From an uncultured Pseudomonadota bacterium (GTDB taxonomy: Bacteria; Pseudomonadota; Alphaproteobacteria; Micropepsales; Micropepsaceae), in contig CAWBLC010000001.1 in the NCBI GenBank assembly GCA_963789595.1, forward strand, positions 374,326 to 438,325: a stretch of 64,000 bases of DNA, written 5' to 3'. The position numbers and the translations under genes are program-made. The notes beneath the pieces were generated by a model that saw only the letters and a list, made by a program, of their open reading frames with translations, was not told the DNA's origin and searched no databases. This document shows, in pieces, positions 18,489 to 28,011 of the stretch; positions within the stretch are counted from its first letter, which is position 1; each line of letters starts with the position of its first letter.

Positions 18489-21400
18489 ATGTCGGCATTC
18501 GGCTCTCGTGGCATTTCGCTGCGGACCAGCGCGCTTCTCGGCGCGAGCATCCTTACCTTGTGCATGACGGGCAGTGGGGCCAGCGCACAGGAAACGGCTT
18601 ACAAATTCGATATTCCGCAGCAGCCATTGTCCGAGGCGCTGCGCGCCTATGCGCGCGTGGCGGGCGACCAGATCATCTTTAACAACGATCAGGTGAGTGG
18701 GCGCACCGCCACACTCCACGGCACCTACACGGCCGACGAAGCGCTGACGAAAATTCTGAACGGTTCGCATCTCGCCGCCAGGCGGCTTGCACCCAATGAA
18801 GTGATGGTCGGCCCGGCGCCGAAAAAATCTTCGTCGGATGAAGAACCTGTTGTTCATCTGGCTGAAGCGGCACCCGCGCGTGCAGCCGCCGGGGTCGAAA
18901 CCGTGGTCGTCACCTCGTCGAAGATCAAGGGCGACATTCAGACGGTTCCGATTGCCATTACGGCGTTGAGCCAGGAACAGCTGACCTCGCGACAAATCGC
19001 GGGCGGCCCCGATCTGGTGAAGGAGGTTCCGAACCTCACCTTCACCAAAACCAATTTCACCGGCTATTCGATCACCATTCGCGGTATCGGCACGCAGGCG
19101 ATTTCGGTTGCGACCGATCCGGCGGTGGCGGTTGCGCTGAACGATATTCCGTTCATCCGCAATCACTTCTTCGAGCAGGAATTCTACGACGTCAATCAGG
19201 TTGAAATTCTGCGCGGTCCTCAGGGCACGCTTTATGGCCGCAACGCGACGGCCGGCGTGGTCAACGTGATTTCCGCAAAGCCCACCGATCAGTTCGAAGC
19301 GATGATGTCGGCCGATTGGGGCAATTACACCAACCGGCGCTATGAAGCGATGGTCAATCTCCCCATCGATGCCGATCAGCTCGATCTGCGCATCGCCGGC
19401 GAATGGACCAAGCGCGACGGCTACACGACCAACGAAAACACCGGCAATCCGGTCGATGGCCGCGATCTGTGGTCCACGCGTGTCACGCTCGGCTGGCATC
19501 CGCTGCAAAGCGTGCAGGCCTATCTCGTCTGGGAGCATTTCGGCGAGAGCGACGACCGCATGCGTACCCAGAAGCAGTTGTGTCACACCGATCCGGGCCT
19601 GGGAAGCATCCAAGGCACGCATGTCCTGGATGCGGCAACATACGGGAAGACGGCCGGTGGCATCGGCCTGGCGTTTACCCTCACCTCGGCCAATTTCAGC
19701 CAGGGCTGCAAGCCAGCCTCGATGTATTCGCCGGATTCGTTCCAGGTGCCCTATGGCTATGCGCTGCCGTACGTCACAGCGGGCTATGTCAGCGGCGCCA
19801 TGACGGCGCTCATCGATCCCTATCAGGGCGCCAGCAATTCGCCCAATCTTCGCGTCATCCAGACGCAGATCGATCCAAAATACATCGCCAAAAACGATAC
19901 GCTGGAATTTAACGCCGATTTCGCGGTCACGCCGTCGCTGACCTTCACCTCGCAGACGGGCTTCAACGAGGATTTCCTCTGGTCCACCGAGGATTACAAC
20001 CGTTTCAACACGGCCCCGGACATTTTCATTCAGGGAAATCTACCGCCGTCCAACTCAAATGCGCCTCGCATAAACAGCCTTGTCACGCCGGACGGCAATT
20101 ACCGCTGCACCGACGGCACGCTCAGTATTGGCAGCGTGTGTCCCGGCTTCGGCGGAGATCGGTTGCCCACTGGCGAATTCTGCGATCCGCAACTTGGCTG
20201 TAGTTCGCGGCTCGTGGCGCAGGACGTTTCCGACGAACATGCCTGGCAGCTCAGTCAGGAATTCCGGCTGGCTTCGAATTTCAAAGGCCCGTTCAATTTC
20301 AGCGTGGGCGGCAATTACATGCATTACGAGACGGTGGAAGACTATTATGTCTTCGCCAATGCGCTGACATTGTTTACGGCCACCTCTGGCGCTGGTTTTC
20401 ACAATTATGGTCCATGGGACCCCGGCCCCAATCCGGGCGTGCTTCCCGGCAATTCGGATAATCACGAATGCCTGGTGAATGGCGCGCCGCTCGGCGGCGG
20501 CCATGGCTATCAATACAACGATCCGGACCTCGGCGCGGGCCAGCCCACATCGACCTGCTATTACATCGATCCCAATCCGCTGGGCGAGCTGAACGGCAAT
20601 GGCCACAATTATTTCCGCAGCCGCAATCCCTACGTGCTCAATTCCTATGCCGGCTTCGGCGAGGCGTATTACAATGTCCTGCCCGATGTGAAGCTCACCG
20701 GCGGCTTGCGCTGGACGAGCGACCACAAGCATTTCATCGATATCCCAAGTGAGCTTCTGTCGCTTGGCTATGGCTACATGCCGACCGGCTCGGTCGATCA
20801 GGCCTGGAACCAGTGGACGGGCCGCTTTGCCGCCGACTGGACTCCCAAGCTCGATTTCACGGACCAGACGCTGATCTATGGCTCCTTCGCCCATGGCTAT
20901 AAGGCCGGCGGCGCCAATCCGCCCGGCGCGGTCTATTATTCCTACGGCGGTCTGGTAGGCACTGTGGGTCAACAAGGCGTTCCCGTCCATCCGCTCACCT
21001 TCAAGCCGGAATTCATCGATGCCTATGAACTGGGCACCAAGAACACGCTGCTGGATGGCGGGCTGACGCTGAACGGCGACGTCTTCTACTACAATTACAC
21101 CGGCTATCAGATTTCGCGCATCGTGGACCGCACCGCGCTCAACGACAATTTTAACGCCACGGTGAGGGGCGCGGAAATAGAGGCGATGTACGAGCCGATC
21201 CCCGGCCTGAAGTTCAATTTCGCCGGCGGCTATGAAGCCACCCGCGTCAAGGACGGCCAATATTCCGTCGATCTCATGGATCGCACGGCGGGCCATCCCG
21301 GCTGGGTTCTGATGAAGCCGTTCGTCACGCTGTCGTCGAACTGCATCTTTCCGGACTATGTCTTAGAGGCGCTGCTGGTCAAGTACAACGGCTATGGCGA

Positions 21401-22034
21401 AGGCAATCCCGACGTTTCGGCCTGTGGCGCCGCCTATAATGACCATATCGATCCGGTCACGCAGGCATTCGTCCATTATGACAATAATGGCAATCTTTAC
21501 GAGCTTACCCCGCATCAGGGGCTTGATCCCTATCCCGGCGGCACGCCGATAACCTTCCCGCGAACGATTTCAGGCTATACTTCTGTCGATCCGCTGCTGC
21601 CCCACTCGATCTCCTATGCGGGCTTCGATCCCGCCACCGCGCCCAACAATGGCGAAGGCTTCGCCAAGAATCTGGGCGGCAATCAATTGCCGAACGCGCC
21701 GCATTTCACGGCGTCGTTCTCGGCGGAATATACCATCCCGGTATCGGAGGATTGGGCCGCGTCGCTGCACAGCGATTTCTACTGGCAATCGCAGAGCTTC
21801 GCGCGAATCTTCAATGATCGGCCCTATGACAAGATACGAGGATACTCGAACGTCAATCTCGCGCTGATCCTGACAAGCGCATCGGGCTGGCAGGTCATGG
21901 GCTATCTGAAGAACGTGTTCGATACCACGGCCATCACTGGCACGTTCTTGAACTCGGACGACAGCGGCTTGACCACCAACGTGTTCCTGACCGATCCGCG
22001 CCTGTTTGGCGTGCGCGTCACGAAGAACTGGTGA
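18489..22034 (+). CDS. TonB-dependent receptor/transducer with N-terminal STN signalling domain
   Basis: Signal peptide; YKFDIPQQPLSEAL STN domain; VETVVVT TonB box; VEILRGPQGTLYGRNATAG plug; C-terminal GVRVTKNW. Confidence 0.95.
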   Translation: MSAFGSRGISLRTSALLGASILTLCMTGSGASAQETAYKFDIPQQPLSEALRAYARVAGDQIIFNNDQVSGRTATLHGTYTADEALTKILNGSHLAARRLAPNEVMVGPAPKKSSSDEEPVVHLAEAAPARAAAGVETVVVTSSKIKGDIQTVPIAITALSQEQLTSRQIAGGPDLVKEVPNLTFTKTNFTGYSITIRGIGTQAISVATDPAVAVALNDIPFIRNHFFEQEFYDVNQVEILRGPQGTLYGRNATAGVVNVISAKPTDQFEAMMSADWGNYTNRRYEAMVNLPIDADQLDLRIAGEWTKRDGYTTNENTGNPVDGRDLWSTRVTLGWHPLQSVQAYLVWEHFGESDDRMRTQKQLCHTDPGLGSIQGTHVLDAATYGKTAGGIGLAFTLTSANFSQGCKPASMYSPDSFQVPYGYALPYVTAGYVSGAMTALIDPYQGASNSPNLRVIQTQIDPKYIAKNDTLEFNADFAVTPSLTFTSQTGFNEDFLWSTEDYNRFNTAPDIFIQGNLPPSNSNAPRINSLVTPDGNYRCTDGTLSIGSVCPGFGGDRLPTGEFCDPQLGCSSRLVAQDVSDEHAWQLSQEFRLASNFKGPFNFSVGGNYMHYETVEDYYVFANALTLFTATSGAGFHNYGPWDPGPNPGVLPGNSDNHECLVNGAPLGGGHGYQYNDPDLGAGQPTSTCYYIDPNPLGELNGNGHNYFRSRNPYVLNSYAGFGEAYYNVLPDVKLTGGLRWTSDHKHFIDIPSELLSLGYGYMPTGSVDQAWNQWTGRFAADWTPKLDFTDQTLIYGSFAHGYKAGGANPPGAVYYSYGGLVGTVGQQGVPVHPLTFKPEFIDAYELGTKNTLLDGGLTLNGDVFYYNYTGYQISRIVDRTALNDNFNATVRGAEIEAMYEPIPGLKFNFAGGYEATRVKDGQYSVDLMDRTAGHPGWVLMKPFVTLSSNCIFPDYVLEALLVKYNGYGEGNPDVSACGAAYNDHIDPVTQAFVHYDNNGNLYELTPHQGLDPYPGGTPITFPRTISGYTSVDPLLPHSISYAGFDPATAPNNGEGFAKNLGGNQLPNAPHFTASFSAEYTIPVSEDWAASLHSDFYWQSQSFARIFNDRPYDKIRGYSNVNLALILTSASGWQVMGYLKNVFDTTAITGTFLNSDDSGLTTNVFLTDPRLFGVRVTKNW

Positions 22035-22047
22035 GGGGGAAACACCA

Positions 22048-23229
22048 ATGAGCGAACTGATCCAACACAACGACAACCGCGCCACCATCCGCTGGAAATT
22101 GCTGACAGGTGCCTCCGCCATGGCGCTGACCGCTTACGTCGCGTCCACCGCGCTGGCGCGCGCCGACGATGCCGACAGGCCGATCCTCTGGGTAGAGCTC
22201 GGTGGGCAGATGGATATGATGAGCAACACGTCGGGCACTTTTACGGCACCATTCTTCGCTTTCCCGACCAGTCCGCCCGCCTTCCGGCCGCACATTTCCG
22301 GCGACGTCTATCCCACCGGCACGCCGGAGGTTTACGGCAAGAAGTCCTTCGGACAGAGACAGGCGGCGACTCGCTTTGCCTTCGGTGAGCAGGCCAGCGT
22401 GACCTTCCAGCCGGAAAATTCCGACTGGCTGTTCTCGGCGGCCGTTCGCTATGGGCGTTCGCATGACAAGAAGCATACCCATTACCAGCAAACGACAGGC
22501 CTGCCAATTCCTGTGGGGCCAAGTTATCCCGGCCTTTTCGCTCACGCGTACAACGAAGCGTTCTCCGATGTGAATGCGCCGCATAGCGAACGCTACACGA
22601 TCTTGGATTTCCAGGCCGGAAAGGATGTGGGCCTCGGCCTGTTCGGACGCGACGGAAAATCCACAGTGAGCGCGGGCGTGCGCTTTGCCTCGTTCAAAAT
22701 GAGTTCCAGCACCGGCATTACCGCGCGGCCATCGGTTTACGGCAATCACAAGACGAAGCTCTTCAAATACAAGACCTATTTCCATTCTTACAATCTGAAA
22801 GGGCATCAGCAACGCAGCTTCCAGGGTATCGGCCCGTCATTGTCGTGGAAGGCTTCGGCCGCAATTGCGGGCAATCCCGAACATGGCGAATTGATGCTGG
22901 ATTGGGGAATCGATGGCGCCGTACTCTTCGGCCGTCAGGAGGCCAAGACCGATCACATGACAAGTGCTCACCGAAGAGGCGGTTATGGATATTACAATAT
23001 CTATCCCGCACGCAGCTATAACGCGCCTTTGCGCTCGCGCCGTGTCACCGTGCCGGAACTCAGCGGCTTCATCGGGCTCTCCGCCAAGCTGCCGCATTCC
23101 AAGATCAGCTTCGGCTATCGCGGCGATATCTGGTTCAAGGCGATGGATACCGGCATCGACGCGCGCAAGACGTCGGATGTTACTTTCAACGGCCCCTACG
23201 CCAGCATCAGCTTCGGATTGGGGGATTGA
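22048..23229 (+). CDS. Putative outer-membrane beta-barrel protein
   Basis: Long signal peptide (MSEL...IRWKLLTGASAMAL...ARA), amphipathic beta-strand pattern, C-terminal GPYASISFGLGD. Confidence 0.7.
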   Translation: MSELIQHNDNRATIRWKLLTGASAMALTAYVASTALARADDADRPILWVELGGQMDMMSNTSGTFTAPFFAFPTSPPAFRPHISGDVYPTGTPEVYGKKSFGQRQAATRFAFGEQASVTFQPENSDWLFSAAVRYGRSHDKKHTHYQQTTGLPIPVGPSYPGLFAHAYNEAFSDVNAPHSERYTILDFQAGKDVGLGLFGRDGKSTVSAGVRFASFKMSSSTGITARPSVYGNHKTKLFKYKTYFHSYNLKGHQQRSFQGIGPSLSWKASAAIAGNPEHGELMLDWGIDGAVLFGRQEAKTDHMTSAHRRGGYGYYNIYPARSYNAPLRSRRVTVPELSGFIGLSAKLPHSKISFGYRGDIWFKAMDTGIDARKTSDVTFNGPYASISFGLGD

Positions 23230-23246
23230 GCCTGCGGAGTGCGGCG

Positions 23247-23810
23247 ATGGAGGCAGAAGACGACGGCATCATCTTCCGGTCGGGGTGGCAGGCGAACGAT
23301 CCCAAAATCATCGAGGATGTGACGCGCCTGTGGCTGCGCGGCGGCGTAAAGCCCGCCATCATCGACATCAGGATTGGCGAAATCTGCATCGTCGCCTATA
23401 GCGGGGACGAGGTGATTGCTGTTGCCACGGCCTACCCACATTACGATTCGCATATGCGAAACAAGTTCTTCGGTTATCGCTGCATGACGATCCCGCGATT
23501 CCGCCAGCACAATCTGGCTTGGCGGATCACGGCGGAGACCGTGAAGGTCTTGCAGGAATGGGCCGCGAAACATGCTGCCGACCAACGCATCATGGGTCTG
23601 ATGACGGTCTTTGAGACGGACAAATATCTAAGCGGCGCGCGCTGGCCCCTTCGGGAGAAATTCGGGATCACCTTGCATTTCGTGGGCTATACGCCTGCGG
23701 GCGAACAAATCCGCGTTGCATGGTTCGACGGCGCGATGCTGGATGACAACGCGGCCAAGGCGAGTCTGATTGCAGAGCAACCGGGCGCACTATATGAGCC
23801 TCAAAAATAG
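23247..23810 (+). CDS. Hypothetical protein, GNAT-like fold suspected
   Basis: CIVAYSGDEVIAVATA strand pair and YRCMTIPRFRQHNLA resemble GNAT motif A; no firm family. Confidence 0.6.
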   Translation: MEAEDDGIIFRSGWQANDPKIIEDVTRLWLRGGVKPAIIDIRIGEICIVAYSGDEVIAVATAYPHYDSHMRNKFFGYRCMTIPRFRQHNLAWRITAETVKVLQEWAAKHAADQRIMGLMTVFETDKYLSGARWPLREKFGITLHFVGYTPAGEQIRVAWFDGAMLDDNAAKASLIAEQPGALYEPQK

Positions 23811-23868
23811 AGGCTGATCGCTTTTCTTACGGGTCTGAGCCGCTCCCCGGCTCGCTCGTAAAACTCAA

Positions 23869-23895
23869 GGCGGCGGAGAAATTCGCCGCCTTTTT
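23869..23895 (+). terminator. Rho-independent terminator of the cargo operon
   Basis: GGCGGCG-8 nt-CGCCGCC followed by TTTTT. Confidence 0.8.
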
Positions 23896-24010
23896 GTTGG
23901 GTCACATTACGACTGGAAGTTGACGAGCTTGTTTGTGCAAGGATGAGTAGCGTGTCTGCATCCGACATGAATTTGGTGTGTGGCGCTGATTATCGCATGG
24001 CATCGACCGG

Positions 24011-24919
24011 ATGCCCATAGAATTGCGCCATCTTCGCTATGCACTCGCGGCCAGCGAGCATCGCAGCTTTCGTAAAGCGGCGGCTGCACTCCGTCTCAAG
24101 CAGTCGTCACTCAGCCGCCGCATCCATCAGCTTGAAGACGAGCTTGGGGTGGCATTGTTTATTCGCACGAGCGGCGGTGTGCGCCCCACCGCGGCCGGAA
24201 GCGATCTTCTCAGGATGGCGCAGCACATCACGGACGAAGTGCAAGCTATGGCACTGCTGGCCAAAGCCGAACACCAGGCCAAAGCGGGCCATCTCGGCAT
24301 CGGCTTTTACGCATCACTGGCTGCCGGGCATCTGCGCACCGCCTTGTTGGATTTCGTGGTGCATTATCCTGAGGTCACGCTCAACGCTTTTGAATGTTCA
24401 CGCGCAAATCTGCTAGCCAAACTGCAAAACGGATCGCTCGACATCGTTATCGTCAGCGGAGAAGCGGACGAACCTGGAGTCCAAACGCTTCCGCTTTGGA
24501 CCGAACGGATCATCATCGCCTTGCCGCGCACGCACCAGCTTGCTGATCAGGAAATCGTCTATTGGAACGATCTCAAGGGCGAACATTTCCTATTGAGCAG
24601 CCGCGATCCCGGATCGGAATTCGAGGATCTGCTGGTAGCGAAGCTGGCAGCACCCGGCGACCGTCCCGCCATCGTCCGCCACTATGTCAGCCGCGAGACG
24701 CTCCTTGGCATGGTTGGCGCGGGCTGGGGTGTGAGCCTGATCTATGAAGCCGGCACGGGAATGACACATCCGGGCGTTGTCTATCGAGAAGTCTGCGATG
24801 GCCACGGTCCGACCCGCATCACACACAGCGCCTATTGGCACCAGGACAACAGCAATCCCGTGTTGTCGTCGTTTCTGTCGCTCCTCAAACAGCGTTATCC
24901 TTCCGTGGATGCGGTGTGA
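24011..24919 (+). CDS. LysR family transcriptional regulator
   Basis: ELRHLRY...SFRKAAAAL...QSSLSRRIHQLEDELGVALF HTH plus substrate-binding domain. Confidence 0.95.
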   Translation: MPIELRHLRYALAASEHRSFRKAAAALRLKQSSLSRRIHQLEDELGVALFIRTSGGVRPTAAGSDLLRMAQHITDEVQAMALLAKAEHQAKAGHLGIGFYASLAAGHLRTALLDFVVHYPEVTLNAFECSRANLLAKLQNGSLDIVIVSGEADEPGVQTLPLWTERIIIALPRTHQLADQEIVYWNDLKGEHFLLSSRDPGSEFEDLLVAKLAAPGDRPAIVRHYVSRETLLGMVGAGWGVSLIYEAGTGMTHPGVVYREVCDGHGPTRITHSAYWHQDNSNPVLSSFLSLLKQRYPSVDAV

Positions 24920-25151
24920 GCGGCAGCACGTCTGAGACAGCTTTACGCGCTTTGGCAAAGCCGCGATCGGTCGCCATGAAACGTGCCAGCATATGCGCAA
25001 CCAACTTCGTGGGGTCCAATCCGCTCTGTCCTGTTTGACGGGCGAGCACTTGCGCATAAGCAATAAGATCACGGTGAACCGGCGCCGGTAAAGCGATGGT
25101 GAGTTTCACAGGCTTGTCGCTTTCGATGGTGCCGAGTTTCAGCTTGGCCAT
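24885..25151 (-). CDS. DUF2274 family protein
   Basis: MAKLKLGTIESDKPVKLTIALP...MLARFMATDRGFAK; usual position after trbI. Confidence 0.9.
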   Translation of the reverse strand: MAKLKLGTIESDKPVKLTIALPAPVHRDLIAYAQVLARQTGQSGLDPTKLVAHMLARFMATDRGFAKARKAVSDVLPLTPHPRKDNAV

Positions 25152-25162
25152 ATTTATTTCCT

Positions 25163-26353
25163 TCAAGCGCCATACGGTTCGAGAACGAGATCGCGCGTGA
25201 CCAGGACACGCACGGGAAATCCCGGCCGGATGCTGATGGTCGGCTGGACGCTTAATGAACGGCCGACGACCTGTTCGCCAACCTGATTGAAACCCTGCGA
25301 GCTTCCTTGCCGGATCGCCTGCACCAGAGAATTCTCGCTGCTGCCTGTGCCGGCTTCGGAACCGACGCTGAGCAGCGTCGAGAGAATTGCAGCCTTGAAC
25401 AGCGTGCCCCAATGATTGTCGACCTCATCTTCGAGACCGGCATAGCCTTGAGCGTCCGTGGCGGGCTGGCGCTGCAGCACGATGGAGCGGCCATCGGGCA
25501 TGATGAGGCGTGTCCATACCAAGAGCGCGCGCGTCTGGCCGAAACTCACTTGTGCAGAATATTCGCCGATAAGACGGCTACCTTCCGGGATCAGCAGAGT
25601 GGCCCCGGTCGGGCTATCATAAACATCCTGCGTCACCTGCGCGGTCACTTGACCGGGCAAATCGGAACGCAGGCCGGTGATGAGGGCGGCCGGGATCACC
25701 GCACCCGCCTGCAATATATAAGGACTCGCCGGCGCCTCGATCCGGTCGGGGGCCTGTGATCGATGATCGGCGGGGCGATTGAGGAAAGCGAGGTTAGAAT
25801 CCATACTCGTTTGACCGGTCGAAACGCCTGAGACTGGTGGAATTGTTGTGTTGGCCTGTGGCGTTGGTGGCTGCGCCGCCGCGTTGCTGCGTTGACTTGT
25901 GTCGGTCGCAGCGAACAGATGACTGGTGCGGGCCGCCTCCTGCTCTTGCGCGAGATGTTGTTGTTCGGGCGTTGTAGTGTCCGGCATTCCCATGCCCGGA
26001 GCTGGGGTACCCGCATTCACGATCGGCCGGCCGAGATCGCCCGGTAAGGGCGGGCCGAGTCGTGGAACGGTGCGTGGCAGGTGCGAATAATCGCGCGGCA
26101 GATTGGAAAGTCCTTCGGGCACCGTCCGATTGTTGGTGTTGTAGCGTTCCGAACCGGCCGTTTGCGGATGGGGCCGCAAAGCGATGAAGAGGGCGCCAGC
26201 GATACCGGCGCCTGCCAACAGCCCCAAACCGAGCAGTACTTTGCGCGAAAGGCGCACCACTGGCGGGCGCGTGGGCCGCAGGCGCATCTCGCGAGGATGC
26301 GGGGGATCCGTGTGTTGTTCGCCGTTGCCGGAGGTGCCGTGTTCGTCGCTCAC
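25163..26353 (-). CDS. trbI: VirB10-like T4SS protein
   Basis: AGAVIPAALITGLRSDLPG, QPTISIRPG. Confidence 0.95.
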   Translation of the reverse strand: MSDEHGTSGNGEQHTDPPHPREMRLRPTRPPVVRLSRKVLLGLGLLAGAGIAGALFIALRPHPQTAGSERYNTNNRTVPEGLSNLPRDYSHLPRTVPRLGPPLPGDLGRPIVNAGTPAPGMGMPDTTTPEQQHLAQEQEAARTSHLFAATDTSQRSNAAAQPPTPQANTTIPPVSGVSTGQTSMDSNLAFLNRPADHRSQAPDRIEAPASPYILQAGAVIPAALITGLRSDLPGQVTAQVTQDVYDSPTGATLLIPEGSRLIGEYSAQVSFGQTRALLVWTRLIMPDGRSIVLQRQPATDAQGYAGLEDEVDNHWGTLFKAAILSTLLSVGSEAGTGSSENSLVQAIRQGSSQGFNQVGEQVVGRSLSVQPTISIRPGFPVRVLVTRDLVLEPYGA

Positions 26354-27330
26354 GATTGCGGCCTCCCATCGGTGCGCACGATGCGAACGATCTGCTGCGG
26401 ATCGGCGCCAAGGCGGAGTTCGGCTGCGGCGAACAATTGATCGACGATCATGTAAGAGCCATTCACGCGGTAATTGACGAGTTGATCGCCGCCAGCCGCG
26501 CCCACCACCCAGAGCGGAGGCATTTCGCCCTGAGCGATGCCGGCCGGGAATTCGATGAACACTTGCTTGCCGTCGTCGAAGGCGCGCAGCGGACGCCAGG
26601 CGGGATCGTCACCCTCAATGCGGTAGCGGAAATTCAGCGCGTTAACATTAATGCCGGAGGCCACGGGCGTAACGGCCTCGGCAGCTTCATTCTGCGCGCG
26701 CAAGGCAATGAGCTGATCCTGCGGATAGGACCAGGACACCGACGCCATATAGGTCTTCGCGGTTGCGTTGAGTTCGAGATGATAGGTTCGCCTGTCGGTG
26801 TTGATGACGAGGTTGGTGGCAATATCGGATTGGGTGGGCTTGAGCAGGATATGGACCTGTTTGCTTGCACCCGTTCCGCTCTCGGTATCGCCGATGATCC
26901 AGCGCACGGTGTCGCCGGCCGCGACCGGGCCGGATCCGACAAGCTGCTCGCCGGGCTCAAGCGCAATGTCGGTCACCTCACCGGGCGCGGCATAGACCTG
27001 ATAAAGCGCGCCTTCCGCGAAGGGATAAACCTGCACGGCGTTGATGTAGCCGGCTCGCGTCGGTTGCATGCGGGCGGCATCGTTTGCTTCGGCAACCCGG
27101 ATGCGGGGGTCGGTTGCATCGGGGGCTTGCGGTTTTGCCGTTGGCAACGGTTTGAGCTGACCGGGTAATGGCAGGGGTTGCGGAATTGCCACGATCTTCA
27201 CCGGCTTGGGCAGATCCGGGGCCCGCACGGCTTGTCGCGGTGTGGCGTCGTACTGGATTGCCGGCGGTTTGAAGTTCGCGCAAGCGGCGAGGGATATCGA
27301 CAGAAGGATTGGAATCGCAGATTTGTGCAT
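26350..27330 (-). CDS. trbG: VirB9-like T4SS protein
   Basis: LYQVYAAPGEVTDIAL, AAGDTVRWIIG, TDRRTYHLEL. Start MHKSAIP at 27330. Confidence 0.93.
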   Translation of the reverse strand: MHKSAIPILLSISLAACANFKPPAIQYDATPRQAVRAPDLPKPVKIVAIPQPLPLPGQLKPLPTAKPQAPDATDPRIRVAEANDAARMQPTRAGYINAVQVYPFAEGALYQVYAAPGEVTDIALEPGEQLVGSGPVAAGDTVRWIIGDTESGTGASKQVHILLKPTQSDIATNLVINTDRRTYHLELNATAKTYMASVSWSYPQDQLIALRAQNEAAEAVTPVASGINVNALNFRYRIEGDDPAWRPLRAFDDGKQVFIEFPAGIAQGEMPPLWVVGAAGGDQLVNYRVNGSYMIVDQLFAAAELRLGADPQQIVRIVRTDGRPQS

Positions 27331-28010
27331 CAGTCTAGCTCCTTGGACGAATTGAGGGCACGGACGTAAACGCCAAGCGGATTCTTCTTCAGTGTGTCCG
27401 CGTCGGTTGGCGTTTGAATCGTGATGGTGAGGATGGCGCTCCAATGTTCGGTCGCGGCCAGCGCATCGTCGACATAGCGGCGCTCGATCCATTCGACCCG
27501 GAAACTGTCGTCGGAGGCGCGGATGACGCTCGCAACATCGACCGCGATCTGCGTCTTGCCGATTTTGGAGAAGGGATCGCTGACACGCGCATAATCGTTG
27601 AGCGCGAGCGCGCCCTTGTCGGTGACGTAGTTGTAAACATCAAGCCAATGCTGCCGGAGAACGATTGGATCAGCCGGTATGCTGCGGACCTCTTCGATAA
27701 AGCGGGCGAGATGCCAGGCGATTTGCGGATCGGTGGGCCGGTAATCGGCGATTGCGGGTGCAATCGCTTGGGCTTGCCCGAGTTTGTCGACTTGCACGAC
27801 CCACGGCGTCACGGTTCCGTGCGCCGATTGCCAGACAAGCCCGGCAGCGAGACCGCTGCTCAATGCCAGCATGCCGAAAAAGGCAAGCCGCCAGTTCTTC
27901 GCCTGCACGCGCGCCGAGCCGATACGCTCGTCCCAGGCCTGGCCTGCACGCTGATAAGGCGTTTCGGGCTCTGGTGTATGTCCGTAACGCACGTTTGCTC
28001 GACGGAACAT
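27330..28010 (-). CDS. trbF: VirB8-like T4SS protein
   Basis: TPYQRAGQAWDERIGSARVQAKNWR; NPLGVYV. Confidence 0.95.
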   Translation of the reverse strand: MFRRANVRYGHTPEPETPYQRAGQAWDERIGSARVQAKNWRLAFFGMLALSSGLAAGLVWQSAHGTVTPWVVQVDKLGQAQAIAPAIADYRPTDPQIAWHLARFIEEVRSIPADPIVLRQHWLDVYNYVTDKGALALNDYARVSDPFSKIGKTQIAVDVASVIRASDDSFRVEWIERRYVDDALAATEHWSAILTITIQTPTDADTLKKNPLGVYVRALNSSKELD

Positions 28011-28011
28011 T

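Noticed and set aside
17376-22121. Long minus-strand ORFs (17376-19622, 20055-21296)
   Set aside because: They are shadows of fecR and the TonB receptor, which carry clear family motifs.
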